Shown here one piece after another: positions 23,093-29,989 of a stretch of DNA of 46,292 nt. The position numbers and the translations under genes were made by a program. The notes beneath the pieces were generated by a model, which saw only the letters and a program-made list of their open reading frames with translations, searched no databases and was not told the origin of the DNA. Within the stretch, counting starts at the first letter, position 1; every line of letters begins with the position of its first letter. The DNA comes from a virus. The stretch lies in IMG/VR virus record IMGVR_UViG_3300031464_000003. The stretch is one strand, 5' to 3'.

Positions 23093-24129
23093 GCATGCTG
23101 CTTCCCGAGCCGCCCATCGATAGCGATGGGGACGGCCAGATCGGCTATCGCGAACGCCTCCAGGATCGGCGCCGAACGGCAACCGCAACGAGCGCCGAGG
23201 TTGACTCCGGTCCACAGTGGCGGCCGAACGTCGTCATGTCCGCCACCGGCGGGGCGGGTGCCGCCGCCCCCAGCGGGGGCAGCACCTCGATCGACACGCG
23301 GCGTCTACTCCAGTCGCTGAGCGGGTCTCAGCGGGACGCCGCGTCGGCGTTGATCCTCATCTTCCGCCAGTATGGCCTGGAGTCGCTGGCCCCGAAGATC
23401 ATCGACTTCATCAAGAAGGGCTACTCCGAGGACACTATCTACCTGCTGCTCCAGGACACCCCGGAGTGGAAACGCCGGTTCAAGGGAAACGAGCTGCGGC
23501 GCCAGCGGGGTCTCCCGGTGTTGTCCCCCGCGGAGTATCTGGCGACTGAGCGGGCCTACCGGCAGGTGCTGGCGCAGTACGGTTTCCCGCCCGGGTTCTA
23601 CGACACCTACGACGATTTCGCGGAGATGATCGGCCGCGACTTGTCGCCGGCTGAGCTGGGTGAGCGAGCCCAGATCGCGGTCCAGTGGGCGAACAGCCGG
23701 GACCAGGCGGCGAGGGAGGCCGCCCGGCGCTTGTACGGGCTTGGGCCGGGCGACTTCGCGGCCTACGCCTTGGACCCATCGCGGGCGCTGCCGCTGCTCC
23801 AGAAGCAGGCTGCGGCGGTTTCTGTGGGTGCTGCTGCGCTGCGCCGTGGGCTTGGTATCACGCGGGAGCGTGCGGAGTACCTGGCGGATCTTGGTGTCAC
23901 CGCGGACGCTGCGGAGCAGGGCTACGCGACGGTGGCCCAGATGCTGCCGGCGTACCAGCTTCTCGGAAACATCTACGGCGAGGCCTACGACCAGCTCACC
24001 GCCGAGCAGGAAGTTTTCGAGGGCGACGCTGAGGCTACGCAGAGGCGCCGCCGACTGGCGAGCCAGGAGCGCGCCGCGTTCTCCGGCTCCAGTCGCGGCC
24101 AGGTTGGCCGGTCCTCAAGAAGCTACTGA
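23089..24129 (+). CDS. Hypothetical virion-module protein (346 aa)
   Basis: Coupled to the upstream gene. Helical, Ala/Arg-rich. Confidence 0.6.
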   Translation: MSMLLPEPPIDSDGDGQIGYRERLQDRRRTATATSAEVDSGPQWRPNVVMSATGGAGAAAPSGGSTSIDTRRLLQSLSGSQRDAASALILIFRQYGLESLAPKIIDFIKKGYSEDTIYLLLQDTPEWKRRFKGNELRRQRGLPVLSPAEYLATERAYRQVLAQYGFPPGFYDTYDDFAEMIGRDLSPAELGERAQIAVQWANSRDQAAREAARRLYGLGPGDFAAYALDPSRALPLLQKQAAAVSVGAAALRRGLGITRERAEYLADLGVTADAAEQGYATVAQMLPAYQLLGNIYGEAYDQLTAEQEVFEGDAEATQRRRRLASQERAAFSGSSRGQVGRSSRSY

Positions 24130-24305
24130 TCTTCTCCATGGTCGTTGAGGACGAGCCACCAGGAGCCGGCTCGCTCAACGACGTTGACGCGGTAACGCGG
24201 AGCAAGGCGCCTTTCCCGGAGAAGCGCGGCATACATGTGCCAATCGGACATAGCGGCAGACTTCTCGTCCTTGTCGTAAGTGCGCAGCACCTGCATGCTG
24301 CGCAT
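24123..24305 (-). CDS. Reverse-oriented small protein (60 aa), accessory island
   Basis: SD GGGAGGG sits 7 nt before the ATG. G/C-rich third codon positions. Convergent with the virion operon, overlapping it by 7 nt. Confidence 0.4.
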   Translation of the reverse strand: MRSMQVLRTYDKDEKSAAMSDWHMYAALLRERRLAPRYRVNVVERAGSWWLVLNDHGEDQ

Positions 24306-24308
24306 AGT

Positions 24309-24378
24309 ACGCCCTCCCGTTGGCGTGGCAGCGGGTCTCCAAAACCTGGCTGGCGGGGTTCAAATCCTCGGGGGCGTG
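24309..24378 (+). tRNA. tRNA-Trp(CCA)-like with a compressed D-arm
   Basis: Acceptor ACGCCCT/GGGGCGT. Anticodon arm CGGGT-CTCCAAA-ACCTG. T arm CGGGG-TTCAAAT-CCTCG. Only 16 nt lie between the acceptor and anticodon stems. No encoded CCA. Confidence 0.55.
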
Positions 24379-24401
24379 CGGGAATAACCTAGCATCGGAT
24401 G

Positions 24402-24410
24402 TGGTATCAT
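24402..24410 (+). promoter_or_regulatory. Extended -10-like element TGgTATCAT
   Basis: Resembles the TGgTATAAT of the 10033 promoter. No convincing -35. It lies 19 nt upstream of the 24429 RNA-like element. Confidence 0.35.
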
Positions 24411-24505
24411 AGTTCCGAGGCAACGGTGGCCACCGTGGGTGGTCACAAGTCCTCCGCCCAGTCGGCCTGGGGTATGACCGGGAGGCTGGGCGGTGGCACC
24501 ATCAA

Positions 24506-24577
24506 GGTCCGTTCGTCTAGTGGTGAGGATGCCTCCCTGTCCAGGAGGAGGCGCGGGTTCGATTCCCGCACGGACCG
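24506..24577 (+). tRNA. tRNA-Asp(GTC) with an unusual anticodon loop (C37)
   Basis: Acceptor GGTCCGT/ACGGACC. D arm contains GG. Anticodon arm CCTCC-CTGTCCA-GGAGG. T arm GCGGG-TTCGATT-CCCGC. Discriminator G. No encoded CCA. Confidence 0.75.
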
Positions 24578-24603
24578 CGCACGCCGCACTAGCGTCGTGA
24601 AGT

Positions 24604-24642
24604 GAGCCCGGCAGCCGGCCGGACGGCCGGTGAGCCGGGCTC
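24604..24642. terminator. Bidirectional long hairpin between tRNA-Asp and the convergent moron
   Basis: gagcccggc / gccgggctc (9 bp) enclosing ccggcc/ggccgg. Confidence 0.55.
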
Positions 24643-24649
24643 GCGACTA

Positions 24650-25138
24650 TCAGGGGACGGCTAGCTCTGTCTTCTGTTCCGGACCAGCTTTGTTGCGGTC
24701 TGGGAACCACGTAATCTTCAACCGTTCCAACGGGTTGAACGCATTCGTCTTGAGGAAGAAGAGCGGGACCGAGCTTCCCGGCCCAACCTCATCAAGTTCG
24801 AGCCGGTTGCGGTCTTCCTTAAGCCACGTGTGTTCCAAGCGCACATGGTAAGCCGTGTCCCTGGCGCTTTGGTTGATGAGTTCGTACCTCATCCCGCCCA
24901 GATGGACAAGCTGCCATGTCACCTTATGGCGGCGTAGCTCCTCTTCGATGAGCTTGGTCCGCTGCTCCGACGCGGCTGCTGTGCGTTCCGCGATCTCGAT
25001 AGAGCGCTTCGAGTCTTTGCGGGTGCGCACACTCATCACAGTGTTGACCGCGGTTGAGAGGACGCCAAGGGCGCCACCGATGGCGCCCAGGTTGTCGATG
25101 AAAGCGTCCCAGACGTCACTGAGAAGGTCCAAAGCCAT
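24650..25138 (-). CDS. Reverse-oriented membrane-anchored protein (162 aa), moron candidate
   Basis: N-terminal TM helix GAIGGALGVLSTAVNTVM, then a coiled coil and a beta-rich C-terminal domain. Visibly lower G+C than its neighbours. Flanked by RNA genes. Confidence 0.6.
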   Translation of the reverse strand: MALDLLSDVWDAFIDNLGAIGGALGVLSTAVNTVMSVRTRKDSKRSIEIAERTAAASEQRTKLIEEELRRHKVTWQLVHLGGMRYELINQSARDTAYHVRLEHTWLKEDRNRLELDEVGPGSSVPLFFLKTNAFNPLERLKITWFPDRNKAGPEQKTELAVP

Positions 25139-25191
25139 GGAGCTTGATCCTAGCAGCTAGCTGTCCATGGCGGTTCACATCGGTACGCGCA

Positions 25192-25271
25192 GGGGCTGAG
25201 ACGGTTTCGACGGGGCGGTAGACCCGCACGCGGGTCCGCCCTGGATGAGGGTTCGACTCCCTCCAGCTCCA
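25192..25271 (+). ncRNA. tmRNA tRNA-like-domain-only RNA (SsrA-like, no mRNA-like domain)
   Basis: The 5' end GGGGCTGAGACGGTTTCGACGGG and the 3' end GGATGAGGGTTCGACTCCCTCCAGCTCCA match the conserved tmRNA termini. A 7-bp acceptor stem carries G3:U70 and A73. T arm is GAGGG-TTCGACT-CCCTC. The interior is a single capped helix. Confidence 0.7.
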
Positions 25272-25395
25272 CTCCTCACCCGGACCGACCGGCCCCGGGG
25301 AGCGTAGAAGACCGGTAGTGGGAGCCAAACGCGATTTCCTCCGGTCGCGTTTGAGGCCCGCGATTTCCTCTTTCGACGAAACGGAGAGTGTATTC

Positions 25396-25884
25396 ATGAC
25401 TCAGTACGACGACGACTTCGACTTCGACAACGAGAACGAGCAGCAGGACGACGGTAGCCTTCCTGCCCAGCTCCGGAAGAAGATCAAGGCCCTTCAGAAG
25501 GAATTGGATGCTGCGAACCGCGAGAAGCAGGAGGCGCTTTCGCAGTTGTCGAGGTTGAAGGCTCGCGACGTCCTGAGGGAACGCAAGGTCGAGGATCCTC
25601 GGGTCATCCGCTTCATGGAGAAGGATGGCGTCGACTTCTCGGATGAGAGCGCCATCGATAAGTGGCTTGAGGAGAACGGCGACCTTTTTGGATACCAGGC
25701 AGGCAAGGCGTCCCCGCAGGATGAGCAGATGCGTGAGGGGCTAGAGCGGATGGCTGCCGCCGAAGACAAGGGCGAGCCGTCGACCCGCTACAAGCAGCTC
25801 CTCGCGGAGATCCAGAACGCCAACTCTAAGGAGGAGTTGGACGCCATCTTGCAGCGGAACGCCGACATTAGAGTGTCGACGTAG
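25396..25884 (+). CDS. Scaffolding protein candidate (162 aa)
   Basis: SD GGAGAG 8 nt upstream. Acidic N-terminus (DDDFDFDNENEQQDD) and a coiled-coil body. Lies immediately upstream of the capsid gene. Confidence 0.6.
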   Translation: MTQYDDDFDFDNENEQQDDGSLPAQLRKKIKALQKELDAANREKQEALSQLSRLKARDVLRERKVEDPRVIRFMEKDGVDFSDESAIDKWLEENGDLFGYQAGKASPQDEQMREGLERMAAAEDKGEPSTRYKQLLAEIQNANSKEELDAILQRNADIRVST

Positions 25885-25892
25885 AGGAAGCG

Positions 25893-26840
25893 ATGGCCTT
25901 CGACGCAAACACGAACTACACCTCGGGCGGGTTTGGTCTTGGTGTAATCAAGGCCGCCTACGACCGGTATTTTGAGCTGGCCCTCCGGCACGCCCCGATC
26001 CTGCGTGACATCGCGGACAAGCGGCCGGTGCAGGTTGACAAGCCTGGCGACTCGGTGACCTTGAGCATCCACAAGGATCTCCCTGTGGTGACCGGCACCC
26101 TGACGGAGAACGCGGACGTCACCCCGGCGACGCTGCCGCCGCCGACGCCCGTGACGATCGTGCTCAAGGAGCGCGGTAACGCTGTCGTCACGCACAAGCT
26201 GCTCCGCGAGTACGCGATGACGGACGTCGACCCCTACGTGGCGAACCAGGTCGCGTATAACATGCGGGACTCGCTGGACTACCAGTTCCAGCAGGAGCTG
26301 ATCGGCGGCAGCAACGTCCGCTACGCGGGCGCCGCGACCTCCACCGCGACGGTCACCGACAATGACGTCATCACCTCCGATGACGTGCGGGTGATTGTCA
26401 CCAAGCTGCGTGGCGCCGCGGCGGTGCCTCGCCGGGACGACCTGTACGGCTGCTGGATCCACCCGGATGTGGCCTTCGACCTGAAGAAGGAGACCGGGCA
26501 GGCGGCGTGGCGTGGTCCCCACGAGTACACCGCCCCGGATGCGATTTGGCGCCACGTCGTGGGCGTGTACGAGGGCGCGTACTTCATTGAGTCCGCCCGC
26601 ATGCACAACGACACCGACGGGGAGAGTGGTGCCCGGGTTTACCGGACGATCTTCGCCGGCCAACAGGCGATGGCTGAGGCTGTGGCGATCGAGCCTCACC
26701 TTGTCATGGACGGCAAGGTCGGCCAGGACCTGCTGAGCCGCCTGTACACGATCGGCTGGTACGGCGTGCTCGGCTGGGCTCGCTACCGCGAGGCCGCGCT
26801 GTGGCGGCTGGAGTCCGGGTCGACGATCAACGCAGCCTGA
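25893..26840 (+). CDS. Major capsid protein (by position and size)
   Basis: 315 aa. It follows the scaffold-like gene and is followed by a strong terminator, as expected for the most highly expressed late gene. Confidence 0.7.
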   Translation: MAFDANTNYTSGGFGLGVIKAAYDRYFELALRHAPILRDIADKRPVQVDKPGDSVTLSIHKDLPVVTGTLTENADVTPATLPPPTPVTIVLKERGNAVVTHKLLREYAMTDVDPYVANQVAYNMRDSLDYQFQQELIGGSNVRYAGAATSTATVTDNDVITSDDVRVIVTKLRGAAAVPRRDDLYGCWIHPDVAFDLKKETGQAAWRGPHEYTAPDAIWRHVVGVYEGAYFIESARMHNDTDGESGARVYRTIFAGQQAMAEAVAIEPHLVMDGKVGQDLLSRLYTIGWYGVLGWARYREAALWRLESGSTINAA

Positions 26841-26848
26841 CGAGGCTA

Positions 26849-26870
26849 GGGGCGGGCTTCGGCCCGCCCC
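26849..26870 (+). terminator. Intrinsic terminator after the capsid gene
   Basis: ggggcgggc-ttcg-gcccgcccc followed by ACTCTTTGG. Confidence 0.7.
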
Positions 26871-26886
26871 ACTCTTTGGAGGCTGA

Positions 26887-27210
26887 ATGCCGATCCTGAA
26901 CCCCCCGTACACGCCTACCGGCGCGTTTCACGACGGCATCCGCCGCTACAACCACTCGGACCTCTGGCGGTTCTACGGCTTCAACCAGGGCCTCGCGATC
27001 GTGAAGATCAATGGCGTCTGGACGACCGCATACACGGTGGACCTTGGCCGGGTAGAAGAATTCTACCAGGGCGGCATGGTCCACGAGATCAGCGTCGAGA
27101 AGGCCAACGAGCTAACAGAGGCCGGGTTCGGCGAGTACATCGACTGGCAGAACTATGACCCCCCGGGTTATGGCAAAGGCCCGTATGGGGCGGGACGGTA
27201 CGGGTACTGA
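26887..27210 (+). CDS. Hypothetical structural protein (107 aa)
   Basis: SD GGAGG precedes the ATG. TGATG coupling to the next gene. Confidence 0.55.
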   Translation: MPILNPPYTPTGAFHDGIRRYNHSDLWRFYGFNQGLAIVKINGVWTTAYTVDLGRVEEFYQGGMVHEISVEKANELTEAGFGEYIDWQNYDPPGYGKGPYGAGRYGY

Positions 27211-27800
27211 TGGCGATTGTAAAACCGGAGATCGGTCAGGAGGAGTGGGGCGAAACCCTCAACAACGCCCTGGACCAGCTTGACGAGCAAAGCACCCGGG
27301 CCGCGGAGGATGCCGAGTCTGCGGTGAACGCGATCGTCGGGCTCGACTCCCGGGTGGAGATGCTGGAGAACGAGAACGCCAACGACTGGGGCAAGACTGT
27401 CACCTTGCCAAACTCCAGCACCCAGTATCGGCGGATCAATATCCCCGACGACGGCAGTGATACATCCACCTGGCCGGACCGGATTGCATTCTTCTTCAAC
27501 GGGACCCGCACTGGGGCGTTCAACGAGTACGGTGAGGGCCGCTTCCGGCCCGCCAAGCAGGGCAACGTGTCCCTGCGGGCGATGGCCCACGTGAACGGCT
27601 CAACTGGGGATATCTTCCAGGTAGGCCCGTACAACCAGCCCTCCACACCGTTTTTCCGCGTCTCGCAGACGATCGCTGAGGCGACCGTGCCGCTATCGAC
27701 AACCCAGTACATCCAGGTGGCTGGCACTCGGGTGTACGTAGGCGGGGCTGAGCCCACGGACGCCCCCGAGGGCTCGATCTGGATACGGGAGGCCCAGTAA
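27210..27800 (+). CDS. Tail fibre/minor tail-like protein (196 aa)
   Basis: The N-terminus MAIVKPEIGQEEWGETLNNALDQLDE matches the P-x-x-G-x-x-x-WG-x-x-LN-x-x-L-x-x-LD motif common in actinophage tail fibre proteins. Confidence 0.5.
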   Translation: MAIVKPEIGQEEWGETLNNALDQLDEQSTRAAEDAESAVNAIVGLDSRVEMLENENANDWGKTVTLPNSSTQYRRINIPDDGSDTSTWPDRIAFFFNGTRTGAFNEYGEGRFRPAKQGNVSLRAMAHVNGSTGDIFQVGPYNQPSTPFFRVSQTIAEATVPLSTTQYIQVAGTRVYVGGAEPTDAPEGSIWIREAQ

Positions 27801-28585
27801 TGGCGGTGGCCTTCAGGGCCGCCTCGTCCGGGTTTGCCGGCGCCCAAACCGGGGGCGTTCAGATCCTCGACCTCGACATCCCCAGCACCGTCCAGGCTGG
27901 AGATGTTCTGTTGATGGTCGTTGGCGTGAACGACACGAAGGCGAACTACACTCTGTCGACGCCGACCGGCTGGGCGGTCCTCCACGACGTCACCGCGGGA
28001 TCGCAGTACACGGTGCTGCTGTACAAGGTGGCCGGCGCAGGCGACGCCGGCTCCTCGGTGCAGTTCCAGGTGACCGCGGTCTCTGGCGGCACGGGCGCCA
28101 AGGTGCAGGGCGTCCTGGTCGCCTACAGCGGCGCCTCGCTCGACCAGCACCAAGCCCTCGGTGCCTCCGGTAGTAGCGAGTCCCACGCCACCCCAGTGGT
28201 CACCCCGTCGTCGTACCCGGCTGTGGGTGTGATCGCTATCGGCAAGAAGTCCTCGTCGCTGACCTCGATCACGGTTCCCTCCGGCTACACGGAGCGCCGG
28301 TCGGCCCTGTCAACCGGTGGCGGCGCCATGGGCGTGGTCGTAGCGGACAGGGCTGTGTCGAGCGGGAGTGTCGGCGGCGAGTCGTTCACCGCGCCGGGCG
28401 CCGCAAGCGCGGCGGCCACCACGTTCACGATCACCCTCACCGAACAGGCCACCAGTCCGGGGAATGGGCTGGAGATTGTGGTTCGAAGAAACGGCCAATG
28501 GGTGGCCGGTGAAATTTTGATGCGTTCTGGCGGCCAGTGGGTTCCGGCTGAAATCTCGCTCCGCAGAAACGGTACCTGGGAGTAA
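27800..28585 (+). CDS. Hypothetical tail-associated protein (261 aa)
   Basis: TAATG coupling. Gly/Ser/Thr-rich and beta-like. Confidence 0.5.
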   Translation: MAVAFRAASSGFAGAQTGGVQILDLDIPSTVQAGDVLLMVVGVNDTKANYTLSTPTGWAVLHDVTAGSQYTVLLYKVAGAGDAGSSVQFQVTAVSGGTGAKVQGVLVAYSGASLDQHQALGASGSSESHATPVVTPSSYPAVGVIAIGKKSSSLTSITVPSGYTERRSALSTGGGAMGVVVADRAVSSGSVGGESFTAPGAASAAATTFTITLTEQATSPGNGLEIVVRRNGQWVAGEILMRSGGQWVPAEISLRRNGTWE

Positions 28586-28591
28586 GGCTGA

Positions 28592-29293
28592 ATGCCCTCC
28601 ATTGAAACTGTTAAAACCAAACTCGGCAACGTTCGTCCCCACACGAGAAAGGTCTTTGAGGAGATCTGCTCCCTTTGGGACCTGTATTTCGTGTGGGGTA
28701 TCGGCACCTCTGGTGAGCATAAAGAGGGCCGCGCCCTCGACTTCATGGTGTTCGATGACGGCACCGTGCAGAAGCCTGGCCCGATGCGCCCCTGGATCGG
28801 CGACGCGATTGCCAACTACCTGTGGGAGCACCGGAAGCGGCTCGGTGTCTGGTACGTGATCTGGAATCGGCGAATCATCTCGATCCGCGACAACAGCTAC
28901 GGCAAAGCCGGCAACTGGAATCCGTACACCGGGTCGAATCCGCACATCGATCACGTACATGTCTCGTTCTTGAATGACCCGCCCCCTTACGTTCCTCCGG
29001 AGGATGACGAGTTGGCTGGCAAGGCTGACGAGATTTTGAAGCGCATTGCCAAGGTCGAGAAGGACATCGCCGAGGCTCGCAAGGCGCTTGGGCTTCGGGC
29101 CAACAAGCTGGAGGCCGAGCACAAGACCCGCCGCAAGGAATTCACCGATGTGTTGAAGAATGTCCAGCAGCAGGACCCCTGGATTCTGGAGATCAAGGAG
29201 ACGGTCCTCGGTCTCGCGGAGCAGGTTGCGGGGATTGCTGCCGCGGTGGACGAGCTGCGCGGCAAGTGCTGCGGCAAGGGAGGTGGCGAGTGA
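28592..29293 (+). CDS. Endolysin, LAS/M15-type zinc peptidase with C-terminal coiled coil
   Basis: Zinc-ligand motifs SGEHKEGRALD (H-x6-D) and HIDHVHVS (H-x-H). Lies adjacent to the holin. Confidence 0.7.
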   Translation: MPSIETVKTKLGNVRPHTRKVFEEICSLWDLYFVWGIGTSGEHKEGRALDFMVFDDGTVQKPGPMRPWIGDAIANYLWEHRKRLGVWYVIWNRRIISIRDNSYGKAGNWNPYTGSNPHIDHVHVSFLNDPPPYVPPEDDELAGKADEILKRIAKVEKDIAEARKALGLRANKLEAEHKTRRKEFTDVLKNVQQQDPWILEIKETVLGLAEQVAGIAAAVDELRGKCCGKGGGE

Positions 29294-29511
29294 GAGCCTT
29301 CCTCGCCGACCTCCTGGAGCGGACGATCGCCACTTATCTTCAGGCGTTCTTCGGCCTCCTGCTCGCGGGCGAGACGCTGGACCTCAGTGTTGACGCTGTG
29401 CAGGCGGCGGCGATCGCCGCTCTGCCAGCGGCCCTCGCGGTGCTGAAGGCCGCGGCGAAGCCGGCCGCGGATCTGGTGCTGGCTTGGCTGCGGGAGCGTC
29501 GCAATGGCTAG
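29290..29511 (+). CDS. Holin candidate (73 aa)
   Basis: GTGA overlap with the endolysin stop, with SD GGGAGGTGG. Two hydrophobic helices (TYLQAFFGLLLAG, AAAIAALPAALAVL) and a basic C-terminus. Confidence 0.55.
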   Translation: MRAFLADLLERTIATYLQAFFGLLLAGETLDLSVDAVQAAAIAALPAALAVLKAAAKPAADLVLAWLRERRNG

Positions 29512-29695
29512 GCGTGGTGTCCGCAAGGGCATGGGCTTCGAGGCGGCAGCCCGGAGCATCGCCCGCCGCGAGGGCGTGAGCATGGAGCGGGCTCGGGCGA
29601 TCCTCGCCGCCGCCACCCGCAGGGCAAGCCCCGAGGCGAAGCGCCGCAACCCGAACCTGAAGAAGGTTAAGCCGGCGAAGAGAGGACGGCGGTGA
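29504..29695 (+). CDS. Small basic protein (63 aa)
   Basis: Coupled ORF, Arg/Lys-rich. Confidence 0.45.
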   Translation: MARRGVRKGMGFEAAARSIARREGVSMERARAILAAATRRASPEAKRRNPNLKKVKPAKRGRR

Positions 29696-29982
29696 GTAGC
29701 GGCCACGTGTGCCGCTGCGGTGTGGCCGACCCGCACACCACTTTCGGGCAGTGTATGCGCTGGAAGGGTGTGCGGGTCGCCTACTGCCAGTCGGCGGCGA
29801 ACAAGGACTACACGGCGCAGAAGCGCTGGGACCGCGATCTGGACCGGTACGAGGCGGCCCGCAGGCAGGGCATCCAGCCGGAGACGACGCTCCGCTCTGC
29901 TGTGGAGGCTGCGGAGCGGTGGAGCGACAAGCATGGCCGGGCCTACACCCCTGAGGCGTTGAGCAGCCTCCCGGCCGCGTAG
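29692..29982 (+). CDS. Hypothetical Cys-containing protein (96 aa)
   Basis: GTGA coupling. Contains HVCRCG...C...C. Confidence 0.5.
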   Translation: MSSGHVCRCGVADPHTTFGQCMRWKGVRVAYCQSAANKDYTAQKRWDRDLDRYEAARRQGIQPETTLRSAVEAAERWSDKHGRAYTPEALSSLPAA

Positions 29983-29989
29983 GAGTGCC

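Noticed and set aside
24429-24501. A third canonical tRNA between tRNA-Trp-like and tRNA-Asp
   Set aside because: It has a perfect acceptor stem and an encoded ACCA. However, it has no T loop (no TTCRA), no 7-nt anticodon loop and no D-arm. It is kept only as an unexplained RNA-like element.
25192-25271. The tmRNA-like segment as an attP core for integration into host ssrA
   Set aside because: attP cores copy only the 3' end of the target RNA gene and lie next to int. Here both the 5' and 3' conserved ends are present and precisely joined by a stable helix, 10 kb from int. A scar origin cannot be fully excluded.
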